A stretch of DNA of 61,485 nt, filler included, from Mustelus asterias (lineage: Eukaryota), in NCBI RefSeq assembly GCF_964213995.1. It is 3 parts of 3 records of this genome, joined end to end, with 100 filler letters (N's around TTAATTAATTAA, not from the genome) between each part and the next. Parts side by side here need not be neighbours in the genome. Positions count along the whole stretch, not along the records: positions 22,894 to 53,297 come from NW_027591989.1; positions 53,398 to 61,485 come from NC_135817.1; 1 more part is not named here. One strand, given 5' to 3'. The notes beneath the pieces are model-generated. The model made no database searches, was not told the origin of the DNA, and saw nothing but the letters and a program-made list of their open reading frames with translations. Made by a program: the position numbers and the translations under genes. This document shows positions 49,936 through 61,485 of this stretch, one piece after another; positions within the stretch are counted from its first letter, which is position 1; every line of letters starts with the position of its first letter.

Positions 49936-52900
49936 GATGGAGAAGATTGTTCTGTTTAACTGGGGGGTGGGAGAGAGGGGGGTTTGTTCTTTCTACCGGA
50001 GGAATAATGCAGCCTCTGTGACTAGGCCTCACTTCACGGCCTAAATCTCAGCAGCACTTTTGCATTCGCTTAATTCCCCAACAGGGTTTAAGTGGCTGAA
50101 TTCAATGGTTCAATAAAATGTGAAGCAGCCGCTTCAGGGTGGGATTGTGGATTTTCCAGCTCCCGCCCCCTTCTCATTTCCCTTTTGATTGTGAGTTTTA
50201 TTTTAAACGGTCAGACAGAAACTTAGAGAGAGCATTTCAATCCAGATTCGCCTCGAGATAGAGAAACAGAGCAGAGATCAGGACAGGTTATCCAGAGACA
50301 GGAGCAGAGACGGGGTATTGGACAGATAGAGATCTGGGGGGAAGTGTGTAAGAGACGGAGAGGGAGAAACAGAGTGAGGGGAGAGAGGTGACTGATAGAA
50401 GTGGGAACTTCATTGGGGCCTCCTGTGTTTTTTCACTGGCCTGTCTCTGGAGTAAAGCCCCCAGAATGCTTTGATGTGTTTAATAAATTCAATATCGGGA
50501 CAGTCAGGAGGCAGTTGGAAGTTCATTGCATTTGAAACGTGTTCCCATTTTGTCAGGGTTTAATAATGAGGAGGTGAAAATGAATGTTTCCCCCACCTCC
50601 CCCAGTGAGATTGTGAATTTCAGCAAGTCCTGGGATCTTGCTGTGCCTTTTATTGTTTATAATCAGCTTTTGTTTTGTGTTTAATCAAATTTCACTTTAT
50701 TTTCTCTTTCTCTCTTCCAAGGAGAATTCCTTTGGAAACTTTGGCGATGCAGAGAGCGAATAGTTTTGCCGTGAGGAATCCTCGGACAAGAGCTATAACC
50801 AGAGAGAAAAATATTAATAAAAGTCCCCGTGTCTTGGTCGTTCATTTTTATTCACAGATAGACTGGTGGGGCTTTTACACGGAGGGTTAGTGGTCTGTGT
50901 GTCAGGGGGAGGGGGTATTCCCAGTGATCCCTGCTCCAATGTAATCCCAGATTTCAATCCCTCTCCCTGAAGCTCTGTCTGTGCAACTCCCCCATCCTCA
51001 GAACTGTTTCTCCACATCTTTCCAATCCCTGTCTCTCCCCATCCTTTATACCTCAGCCTCTCAAAATGGCAGCATCTTTCTCCCTTTTCTCTCATTCTCT
51101 CTATCTTTCACTCTCTCTCTGAAACTTTGTCACTGTCTTGCCAAAGCCCCACTTTCTATTTATCTCGACATCTCACTTTGTATCTCAGCCTCTCTGCACA
51201 TCTCTCTCTCCCTCTCTGTGGATCATTTTATCTCAATCACAGCAGCCTCCTCTCCATCTCTCTCTCGCTCTATCTATCTCTGCTCCCTCTCTGACTCATT
51301 CTGTCTGAAGTACAGCAGCATTCTCTCTATCTCCATCTTTTCACAGTAACTTCATTGCAGTGTTAATGTAAGCCTACTTGTGACGAATAAAATTTGAACT
51401 TTAACTCTGCTTCTCTGTCTTATCTCTCTAGCTATCTGCTTGACTCTCTCTATCTCTCTCTGCTTCCCCCTCTCTCTATCTCTGCCTCCCCCTGACTCAG
51501 TCTGTTTGAATTAAAGTAGCATCCTCTGTCTCTATATCTCTATCTGTTCTCTGCTTCCCTCTCTCTGTGAATCATTGTCTGAATCACAGCAGATTCCTCA
51601 CTAACTCCATCTCTATATCTCTGTCTCTTATCTCTGCTCCCTCCCTTCTCTGTGAATCAATGTCTGAATTACAGTCGCATCCTATCTCCATCTCTATATC
51701 TCTCTGCCTCTTATCTCTCTCTGTATCTGATCTCTGCTTCCCTCTCTCTGTGAATCATTCTGTCTGAATTACAGTAGCATTCTCTCTAACTCCATCTCTA
51801 TATCTCTCTGCTTCTCTGCCTCTTATCTCCCTCTCTGCTCTCTCGTGGGGGACGGGCCAGATCACGGGTTTGCTGTTCACAAGCAGCAAAGGCCCAGGAA
51901 CGCAGAGGGAGGGAATCGGGGGCAATTCAGAGGGATTCAGCACTGCTGAAAGGGGGGAGTGTGTAATACAGGGGCTTGTTCAGAGCCAGGGGCTATTAGA
52001 CAGAGAGGGAAGGGGCTGGTGGGGGAGGCTGTTGTACAAGAGGGGGGAATATTATAACACAGGCTGACCAGAGTCAGGGGTTATCAGAGAAAGGGGGCAA
52101 TTGAGGGGGGGGGGGGAATCAGACAGGGGGTCTGTTGTACAGGATGGGGGTGCGGGATGTTATAACACAGGCTGCTCAGTGTCAGGGGAATTAGTCGTTT
52201 GAACGTTAATGTTTAAAATGGGCAGAGTTTCCACATCCAACTCCACCAGGAGCTGTTTACAGGGGGGTGGTGGACGGGGATAGATGTGTGGTGGGGGGGG
52301 GGGGGGGGGGGGTTACTAATTAGAAGGGGGGGGATCTGTCAGTCCAGAGGCTGTTCACAGGGAGGGAGTGGGAATTTGCCAGGTTGAGAGGGGTGGGGGG
52401 AAAGAGGGGAACTTAGAGGGATATTCAGCCGGGGGGCTTTGAAGATGGTTTGGGCAGTGGGGGAGCGGGGTACGGGGCTCAGAGGGAAGGATCGGGAGAT
52501 TTAGAGGGATTGTGAGGAGGGACAACAGATTTGGCTGGAGTGGGGGGGGGGGGGGGGGGGGGAATTGGGATTGGAGAAGATTGGGCAGAGAGGATCAGGG
52601 GGAGGGGCAGAGAGGATCGGGAGGAGGGGCAGAGAGAGATTGGGCAGAGGGGAGGTTCAGAGAGGTTTAAGTGGAGGGACTGAGAGTGGGTTTGGGCAGT
52701 GGGGATTTAAAGGGGGTTTTGGGGGGTGGGGAACCTGGAGGGGAGAGGGGAATTTGGGGGTGAGAGATTGAGTGCGGCAGGTTTAGGATTGGGAGTGGGT
52801 TCAGGAGTCGGGGGGGATTAGGCTCAGTGGGGGTTGGGTCTGTCGGTGGGTGTGGGGTTCGGGTCTGTCGGTGGGGGTGGGGTTCGGGTCTGTCGGTGGG

Positions 52901-53297
52901 GGTGGGGTTCGGGTCTGTCGGTGGGGGTGGGGTTCGGGTCTGTCGGTGGGGGTGGGTGTGGGGTTCGGGTCTGTCGGTGGGGGCTGGGTCTGTCGGTGGG
53001 GGTGGGGTTTGGGTCTGTCGGTGGGGGTGGGGTTTGGGTCTGTCGGTGGGGGTGGGGTTTGGGTCTGTCGGTGGGGGTGGGGTTTGGGTCTGTCGGTGGG
53101 GGTGGGGTTTGGGTCTGTCGGTGGGGGTGGGGTTTGGGGACAGGAGTTCAGGAGCTGGGGAGGGGCCCCTATGGATAGGGCTGGGATTTGGGGGGAGGGG
53201 GGGTGAAATCCTGGTGGGACTGGAGGGTCTCAGAGGAATTGGTCAGGGCGGGTCTGAGAGGGGGGGACAGCTCGGGGGGGGGAACAAGCGGGGGGGG
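49438..53297 (-). repeat. Right copy of the ~3.9-kb inverted duplication
   Basis: Reverse complement of 18942-22793; ends exactly at the second spacer. Confidence 0.95.
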
Positions 53298-53397
53298 NNN
53301 NNNNNNNNNNNNNNNNNNNNNNNNNNNNNNNNNNNNNNNNNTTAATTAATTAANNNNNNNNNNNNNNNNNNNNNNNNNNNNNNNNNNNNNNNNNNNN
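53298..53397. other. Artificial contig spacer N44-TTAATTAATTAA-N44
   Basis: Same 100-bp structure as 22794-22893. Confidence 0.93.
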
Positions 53398-53685
53398 CAC
53401 TCTCACACACACTCACACACACACACACACACACTCGCACTCACACTCTCACACTCACTCTCACACACAAGTCACTGTTATGGGGAGCGACAGAAACTCT
53501 CATTGAGAGTGAGAGAGAGAATGTCAGCAACAGGCAGTGGGTTGCTGACTGTGTCTGTGAGAGAGACTGGGGAAAACTCTCCCTATTTGTTTACAAGGAC
53601 GTTTGGGGGAGTTTCCAATGTAGTGTGAATGGAATGAGCTCCCTTTCTGTTTGAGGCAATGCGTGCACTTTGTATGAAGTGCACG

Positions 53686-54019
53686 TAGAATCATAGAATC
53701 GTGGAATCCTACAGTGCCGAAGGAGGCCATTCGACCCATTCGAGTCTGCACCGACAACAATCCCACACAGGCCCTATTCCCATAACCCCACATATTTACC
53801 CTGCTAATCCCCTGACGCTAAGGTCAATTTAACATGGCCAATCAACCTAACCTGCACATCTTTGGACTGTGGGAGGAAACTGGAGCACCCGGAGGAAACC
53901 CGTGGAGATATGGGAAGAATGTGCAGACTCCACACATACAGTGACCCGAGGACGGAATTGAACCCTGGTCCCTGGCGCTGTGAGGCAGCAGCGCTAACCA
54001 CTGTGCCACTGTGTCGCCC
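53686..54019 (-). mobile_element. Full-length HE1-type SINE
   Basis: Reverse complement of the 6427-6761 element. It interrupts a cassette that is contiguous in the paralogs at ~58590 and ~60500. Confidence 0.9.
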
Positions 54020-55249
54020 CACATGTGTGGTAAACTACCCATGTCTTGTCATTGATTACCGAAGACCAAGCTGTGATGAAGCGATGAGAGATGGCGGATT
54101 CTGTGCCACCTTCATTTCCAGTTGCTGTTCTTCAGTTGTGTGTTCTTCGGTTGTAGCTGTCAGCTCTGTAGGTGATGCTGTGTTCCTCACAACTCCTTCT
54201 TTCTTTGGACTGAAACTGGTGAGACACAATCCTCCAGATCCACGCCCCTCTTAGATTTCCGCACTCTCCCGATTTTGACCTCCCTCGCACTTTTCCCTGC
54301 TCCAGAATCATGATTGTGCCTTCAGTTATCCAGAGCCTATGCTGAAGAATTCCCTCCCGGAATCTCTCTGCCTCTTTCCTGCTTTGAGATCCTCCTTACA
54401 ATTGACCTCCTTGATGAAATTTATGTCCATCTGTTTGTATATTTTCTCCTGCTGTTCAGTGCCAGGTTTAGCGTGGTAATTTTCCAGCCAATCATCTTGG
54501 ACATTTCAGTACATTAAAGGTGCTATATAAATGTAATTGTTGTAGCTGCACAAACTGGTGAGATTTATTTACCTTCTTTGTGTGGTGCCTTGTTGGAATG
54601 GATGCAAAAGTAGTGTGATTGGAGGGAAGTGTGTGAAACGATTCATTACATTGCTTGCTGGGTTGGCTGCAAGTACTCTTAACTTTATTGTGACATGTTT
54701 CAGGTTAAGAGAACACTCCCTTCGTCTATCATTTTCTCCTAGACACAGAGAAAATGAATATATCTCGCTTCCTTCTATGATATCAAAGGCTGTTACAGTT
54801 AACACTTTGTGATACTTATTCTAACATTTGATTTGATTTATTATTGTCACATGTATTAGTATACAGTGAAACGTTCTCCTGTACACTGCCTCAGTGAAAC
54901 ATACTCCAGTATACTGCCTCAGCGACTGAAGCAGCAGAGACAGGGTCAACATTTCAGAATACTTCAGAGGGGAGTGTGAAGGAACGGGGAATATTGTGAG
55001 ACGGGATCAGGGCGGGAAGGTGGGATCAGTGAAACTGCTGCTGTGGAGGTAGTCCAACGCCGGCATCTCCACATCAGGGTAAACATCAACAGGGACTGGT
55101 TGGGCCAAATGGCCTTTTTCAGTGTTGCGATTTCTGTGTGATTCTCCCAATGTTGGTGAATTTTACCCCTTGTTTTCAATTGACAGAAACACTTGTGTAA
55201 TTTATAACGGGAATTTAACTTGTTGAATAGGCACAAATTGGAAAAAAAA

Positions 55250-55560
55250 GCACTTGCAATTACATAGAGCCTGTCACAACCTCAGGATATCCCAACGTGC
55301 TTTGCAGCCAGTGAGGTACCTGTTGAATTGTAGTTACTGCTGTTATGTAGGAATATGGGGAAGCTGATTTCTGCACAGCAAGATCCCACAAATATATATA
55401 CACCTGAATCCCAATAGATCTGTTTCAGTAAGGATTAAGTATTGGCCTGGGCTGAACAGATCACTTACTCCTCTATCTTTATTTGAACTGGTGCTCTGGG
55501 ATTTTTTTAACATCCTCCTGGGAGGGCAGAATACCCTCCATTTAATGTCCCATCTGAACT
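55250..55560 (-). mobile_element. DeuSINE/AmnSINE-like element with an L2-type tail; duplicated at ~58845-59140 and ~60755-61060
   Basis: Minus-strand tail GTGGGATCTTGCTGTGCA...TCCTGAGGTTGTGA...GC(G/T)CTAT(A/G)TAA. Family assignment is from memory. Confidence 0.6.
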
Positions 55561-56429
55561 AACCCACTCTTGTGCATGGGGCAGGTCTATCCAGCTAATT
55601 CCTACAGAATCCCAACATTTTCAATCCAGCAATCAGTCGTTTTTTGTACCGAGGCAGCTGATCTGTGAGGTGAATCTCTCCTGGGTCTGTGACGACAGGT
55701 GTGAGAAAGGGATAGGGAGCGATGGGAGGGATCTGGGTGATGCTGTTCCCTCATCGACAGACTCAGAGACAGTTCCAATAAACAGGAACAAACTCACTCT
55801 CTCTCACACACACACCGAGCGTCACAAGGAATAGTCAAGACATCCAGACAGGTTCGATGTCAAGAGGCTGGCTTGTTGCCCTGTTCTGAAAGATTTCAGA
55901 GAAGTTGTGCCATTAATTGTGAAGATCTTGTTGGAAGTTTCCACGTTAGCGTGAAGGAGGGGAGCGATGAGGCTTCTGAATTTGGTGCTTGGTTCCTTAT
56001 TCTCTGAGCTGCAGTTTTGCTGTCACCTTTTCCAATCCGGTCCGATTCTTTCCAATGAGCAACTTAGGCAGAGTGTCAGAAGCACCAAGCGTAAACCACC
56101 GACCAGTACGGAGCCTCCTTACGACAATACAGGTAACTGCTGTGTACACGTGTGCTGTAGCTCATCACAACCTTGGCATTCTGCTGCCTCCCTGCCCTAA
56201 CCTTCTGCTGAAGGCAGTGACTGATTGGGACACGGCTCCACAGATACCAGCAACTCTGTTAACCCCAAATCCAATCTCTAACTCCAAATTCTGACAATTA
56301 ATTGGCTGATTACCAAGGGAAGCATTGCAACTGTGCTCAGTGTTGACTTTGTACGGAGTCCAAACTCTTGAGGGTCTCATGTGTTAATGATCAGTAGCAT
56401 ATTTGGAAATTAACATGTGAGTTAAGAGG

Positions 56430-57000
56430 AAGAGTAGGCCTCTCAGCCTCTTGAACCTGCTCCACCTTCAATCACATCATGACTGATCTGGTTTTAGCCT
56501 CAACGTCACACTCTTTCCTGCCCCTGTTGCTGCCTGGGGTTGAATTCCAGCCTCAGGTCACTGTCTGTGTGGTGTTTGCACATTTTATGCAAATGTGATT
56601 TGTCTGCATGGGTTTCCTCCGGGTGCTTCAGTTTCCTCCCACGTCAAAGATGTGCGGGTTAGGTTGATTAAATTTCCCCTTCGTGTCAGGGGAATAGAAA
56701 GGTAAATATGTGGGGTTACGGGGATAGGGCCCAGGTGGGATTGGTACCGATGCAAACTCAATGGGGCGAATGGCCTCCATCGGCACTGTAGGGATTCTAA
56801 TCTAACCCTGAAACCCCTCCCTTATCGAGAATCTATCTAGCTCTGCCTTAGAAACATTGAAAGGCTCTGCTCCCACTGCCTTTTGAGAAAGTGATGCTCA
56901 AAAGCTAATGTCCGTCAGAGAGAAAACATTTCTCCTCACCTCTGCCTTAAACGGGTGACCCCTTATTTTTAAACAGTGACTCCTAGCTCCAGAAGGAACT
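56430..57000. mobile_element. Antisense CR1 3' end with a nested HE1-type SINE (~56525-56800, +)
   Basis: CLKIRGHPFKAEVRRNVF on the minus strand; SINE core and tail on the plus strand. Confidence 0.7.
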
Positions 57001-60000
57001 GCAGAAGACTTGTTATGTTTCTCCATTGATGGGAAAGTAAGGTCAGCGACACCAACCCTGTTCCCTCCTCTCCTTGACATAGAGAGACTAAACCTCCATC
57101 TTGCTTGTGTGGTACAGTTGTGTGTCACAGGAAGTAGACAGAATCTACACATTGGGTGAAGCCCGATTGATGGGATTTGGTGAAGTTTAAAGTTAAAATA
57201 TTTGAATGTTTATTTCAGATCAGTTCTCATCAAATGTTGCTGATATTAATGCGATAATTAAAGGCCTACTGCACAGGAGCACCTGGTTGGTGAGAGGATG
57301 CTCCCCTGGGTTACTGGCAGCAGGTTGTAGGAAAACTGTTGATGGGTTCTGGGTAATGATATTCCCCAGTCAATCGCAGCTTCTGTAAATAAGAACAAAG
57401 TCTCTCTCGCTCTTTCTCTCGCGCTCTCTCTCACACATAGGCTCGTGTCGCTGAGCGAGGCAGAAACTTTCTGTCTGTGGTAACAGATCCTTGAAACTCC
57501 CAGTGTTGTTTGGAAGCAATGTGGGGACTGTGATGGCTTCAAAAGACATGTGACCAATGGCATTTACAATGATGCACATGCAGTTCTTTTACGTATGTCG
57601 TGAGGTGCAGATGTGCTGTGCGCTTTTTGGCAGCTTTCCGATCCTTTCCGACAAGGAACTTGCCCAGAGCCTGCGAGAGAAAGAAGCGATCGCGAGGGCT
57701 AAAGACCACACCAAGGTTCCTTACAATGATGCAGGTAACTGCTGTGTGCTGCAGCTCATTGTAATGTTGGGATTCTATTTGCCTCCTGCCCTGACCTTCT
57801 GCTGAAGGCAGTGATTGATGGGGACACGGTTCCACAGATGTTAGCAACTCTCTGTCACCCACCTGCACAGTGTGGGCACATTTCACCAATACTTCAGGCA
57901 AGTGGAGCTGAGCTCAATGCTGTCCTCATCTGTGTCCCAAACTCTTGCAGTTTCTGACAGGACTCAAAGGGTTAATGATCAGGCTGGAAACGTAGAAGAA
58001 TTTTTGACCTTTTTGAAGGATAGGGAAACAGAAACTATGCTGACACCTTCTCGTCTGGGCACAGGGTAGACACCATACCTCTTGTTTGTACTGTTTGTAC
58101 ACAACACGGGAAAGAGTGTATCGACACCTTAGGGGAATAGGTGTTGGTGAATGCTAGGCTTTCATTGTTCGAGTGCTTATTTCAGACTTGCAGATAGCTC
58201 TGGTCAAATGCTGCTGATACTAATCTATAGTGAAAGGTTTAGTGTAGGGAGGTACCTGGTTTATGCGGTGAACCTCCCCTGGGTCAGTGTCTCAAGTAGG
58301 AGACGGATTGTGGATTGGTTCTGGGTAAGAATATTCCCGGATTGGTCTCAGTTTCAGTAAATAGTAACTAACCCTTTCTCTCTCTCTCACTCACACACAC
58401 ACACGTGAGTCAGTGTCACAGAGACTGGCAGAAACTCTCACTGAGAGAAACGGGCTGTCCCAGCAACAGGCAGTGTGTGGAAATCTCTCACTGTTATTTA
58501 GAAGGACAATTAAGAGAGTTACCACTGCAGGGTAAATGAGCTGAACCTTGTTTCTGTTTGAAGCAATGATTCACACATTGTATGAAATACGCGTGTGTTA
58601 TAAACTCTTCAGACTCTGTTCATTGAGTACCGATAACCAACATTAAACTCTGAGAGAGCGAGATTCCGCACTGAGTCAATACCATGCTACCTTTTAACCC
58701 AGCAGGTAGGTAATGGTTGTGCTTTGTTCCTGTGTTCTTGTTTTGTAGCTGAGAGCTTTGCAGTTAGAATCATAGAATCCTACAGTACAGAAGGAGGCCA
58801 TTCGGCCCATCGAGTCTGCATCGACCACAATTCCACCCAGTCAAAGGAAGTACTTGTGTTTATATAGCGCCCGTCACAACCTCAGGACATCTCAATGTGC
58901 TTTCCAGCCATTGAAAAATCGGTTGAATTGTTGTGGGAAAAGTGGCAGCCAATATGTGCACAGCAAGATCCCACCAACAGCAATATGATAAATGACCAAC
59001 AGATCTGTTTCAGTGAGGATTAAATATTGTCCTGGGCTGAACAGATCACTTACTCCTCTGTTCTTATTTGAATTGGTGCTCTGGAATCTTTTACATCCAC
59101 CTGGGAGGCCTCAGTTTAATGTCCCATCTGAACTAACCCTGTCCTCATCTGTGTCCCAAACTCTTGCAGTTTCTGACAGGACTCAAAGGGTTAATGGTGC
59201 ATGTTTGGTGCATTGACCCGAATAGGCACTGGACTGTGGTGACCAGGGGAATTTCACAGTAACTCCATTGCAGCTTTAATGTAAGCCTTACTTGTGACTA
59301 CTAAATAAACTTTTAACTTTCTTGTGCATGGGGCAGGTCCCTTCAGCTAATTTCTACAGAATCCCAACATTTTCAATCCAGCAATCAGATATTTTTTGTA
59401 CCGAGGCAGCTGGTCTGTGAGGTGAATCTCTCCTGGGTCAGTGACGACAGGTGTGAGAAAGGGATAGGGAGCGATGGGAGGGATCTGGGTGATGCTGTTC
59501 CCTAATCGACAAACTCAGAGACAGTTCCAGTAAACAGGAACAAACTCACTCTCTCTCACACACACAAGAAATAGTCAAGACATCCAGACAGGTTCGATGT
59601 CAAGAGGCTGGCTTGTTGCCCTGTTCTGAAAGATTTCAGAGAAGTTGTGCCATTAATTGTGAAGATCTTGTTGGACGTTTCCACGTTAGTGTGAAAGAGG
59701 GGAGAGATGAGGCTTCTGAACTTGATGCTTGGTTCCTTATTCACCAAACTGCAGTTTTGCTGTCGCCTTTTCAAATCCGGTCCGATTCTTTCCAATGAGC
59801 AATTTGCGCAGAGTGTCAGAAGTGCCAAGCGTAAAGCACCAACCGGTACGGAGCCTCCTTATGATGATACAGGTAACTGCTGTGTACACGTGTGCTGTAG
59901 CTCATCACAACCTTGGCATTCTGCTGCCTCCCTGCCCTAACCTTCTGCTGAAGGCAGTGACTGATAGGGACACGGTTCCACAGATACCAGCAACTCTCTG

Positions 60001-61485
60001 TCACCCACTAACCGAATTCCCAGGTCAGCGTGTGCACAGATTAGGGGAATAGGTGTTGGTGAATGCTTGGCTTTCATTGGTTGAGTGCTTATTTCAGACT
60101 TGCAGATAGCTCTGGTCAAATGCTGCTGTCACTAATCTAATAGTGAAAGGCTTACTGTACGGAGGGACCTGGGTCATTGTCCCAAGAGAGAGACGGATTG
60201 TAGATGGGTTCTGGATAAAGGTATTCCCGGGTTGGTCTCAGTTTCAGTAAATAGGAACTAACCCTTTCTCTCTCTCTCGCTCCCACGTGAGTCCGTGTCA
60301 CAGACAATAGCAGAACCTCTCACTGAGGGAGACGGGCAGTCCCAGCAACAGGCAGAAGTGTGTCTGTGCCTGTGAGAGAGACTGTGGAAATCTCTCTCTG
60401 TTATTTAGAAGGACAATTGAGAGAGTTACCACTGCAGGGTAAATGAGCTGAACCTTGTTTCTGTTTGAAGCAATGATTCACACATTGTATGAAATACACG
60501 TGTGTTATAAACTCTTCAGACTCTGTTCATTGAGTACCGATAACCAACATTAAACTCTGAGAGAGCGAGATTCCGCACTGAGTCAATACCATGCTACCTT
60601 TTAACCCAGCAGGTAGGTAATGGTTGTGCTTTGTTCCTGTGTTCTTGTTTTGTAGCTGAGAGCTTTGCAGTTAGAATCATAGAATCCTACAGTACAGAAG
60701 GAGGCCATTCGGCCCATTGAGTCTGCACCGACCACGATCCCACCCAGTCAAAGGAAGTACTTGTGTTTATATAGCACCCGTCACAACCTCAGGACATCTC
60801 AATGTGCTTTCCAGCCATTGAAGAATCGGTTAAATTGTTGTGGGAAAAGTGGCAGCCAATATGTGCACAGCAAGATCCCAACAACAGCAATATGATAAAT
60901 GACCAACAGCTCTGTTTCAGTGAGGATTAAATATTGCCCTGGGCTGAACAGATCACTTACTCCTCTGTTCTTATTTGAATTGGTGCTCTGGAATCTTTTA
61001 CATCCTCCTGGGAGGGCTGAATGGCCTCCATTTAATGTCCCATCTGAGCTAACCCATTCTGGTGCATGGGGCAGGTCCCTTCAGCTAATTTCTACACAAT
61101 CCCAACATTTTCAATCCAGCAATCAGATGTTTTTTGTACCGAAGCAGCTGGTCTGTGAGGTGAATCTCTCCTGGGTCAGTGACGACAGGTGTGAGAAAGG
61201 GATAGGGAGCGATGGGAGGGATCTGGGTGATGCTGTTCCCTAATCGACAGACTCAGAGACAGTTCCAGTAAACAGGAACAAACTCACTCTCTCTCACACA
61301 CACACACCGAGCGTCACAAGAAATAGTCAAGACATCCAGACAGGTTCGATGTCAAGAGGCTGGCTTGTTGCCCTGTTCTGAAAGATTTCAGAGAAGTTGT
61401 GCCATTAATTGTGAAGATCTTGTTGGAAGTTTCCACGTTAGCATGCAGGAGGGGAGCGATGAGGCTTCTGAATTTGATGCTTGGT

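Larger units (their letters stand above)
55250..61485 (+). repeat. Tandem segmental duplications carrying diverged exon-like cassettes
   Basis: 55250-56260 resembles 58845-60000 and 60750-61485; 58130-58845 resembles 60040-60750. Confidence 0.9.

Noticed and set aside
40700-50650. Recurrent GTGGGATCTTGCTGTGC motif as a regulatory array
   Set aside because: It matches the SINE/L2-type tail seen at 55.3-55.4 kb and has been multiplied by local duplications.
18942-53297. Giant transposon (Polinton or foldback) or biological palindrome with 3.9-kb terminal inverted repeats
   Set aside because: No transposase or polymerase is present, and both arms end at artificial spacers.
54056-54737. Minus-strand two-exon chain (ENDRRRECS...GTTQR / FSPKKEG...GLR*)
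   Set aside because: Phases are compatible, but there is no recognisable domain. It also overlaps the antisense of the paralogous plus-strand cassette, whose sister copies do not keep this frame open.
10750-61485. TCR J, D or C segments
   Set aside because: GGTTTTTG-like nonamers (e.g. ~33789) have no correctly spaced heptamer or FGxG motif, and I saw no C1-set exon. N-masked parts cannot be assessed.

Overview
This is eukaryotic, not microbial, DNA. It comes from a cartilaginous fish (shark), judging by the HE1/V-SINE-type SINEs, CR1-clade LINE fragments and a 69-bp shark-type minisatellite. The first 11 kb is part of a T-cell receptor alpha/delta V-segment array. It holds three intact V segments, each with a leader exon, V exon and RSS (heptamer CACACTG; spacers 24, 23 and 22 bp), in mixed orientation. 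A two-exon GPR139/GPR142-like class A GPCR with a single nonsense codon sits tail-to-tail with the first V. Two of the V segments carry a conserved CTCF-like motif about 22 bp past the RSS nonamer. I found no D, J or C segments. The remaining ~50 kb is repeat-rich: minisatellites, C-rich tandem arrays, SINEs/LINEs and local segmental duplications. It contains two unidentified exon-like families: a tandem array of 102-nt phase-2/2 cassettes at 34.3-40.1 kb, and about 7 diverged paralogous cassettes at 53.5-61.5 kb. Two artificial 100-bp spacers (N44-TTAATTAATTAA-N44) split the window into three contigs. The ~3.9-kb 'inverted repeat' (18.9-22.8 kb vs 49.4-53.3 kb) is most simply an unmerged overlap with the middle contig flipped, so order and strand beyond 22.8 kb are unreliable. 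Most ORF-track entries are spurious repeat translations. Repeat boundaries were estimated by eye.
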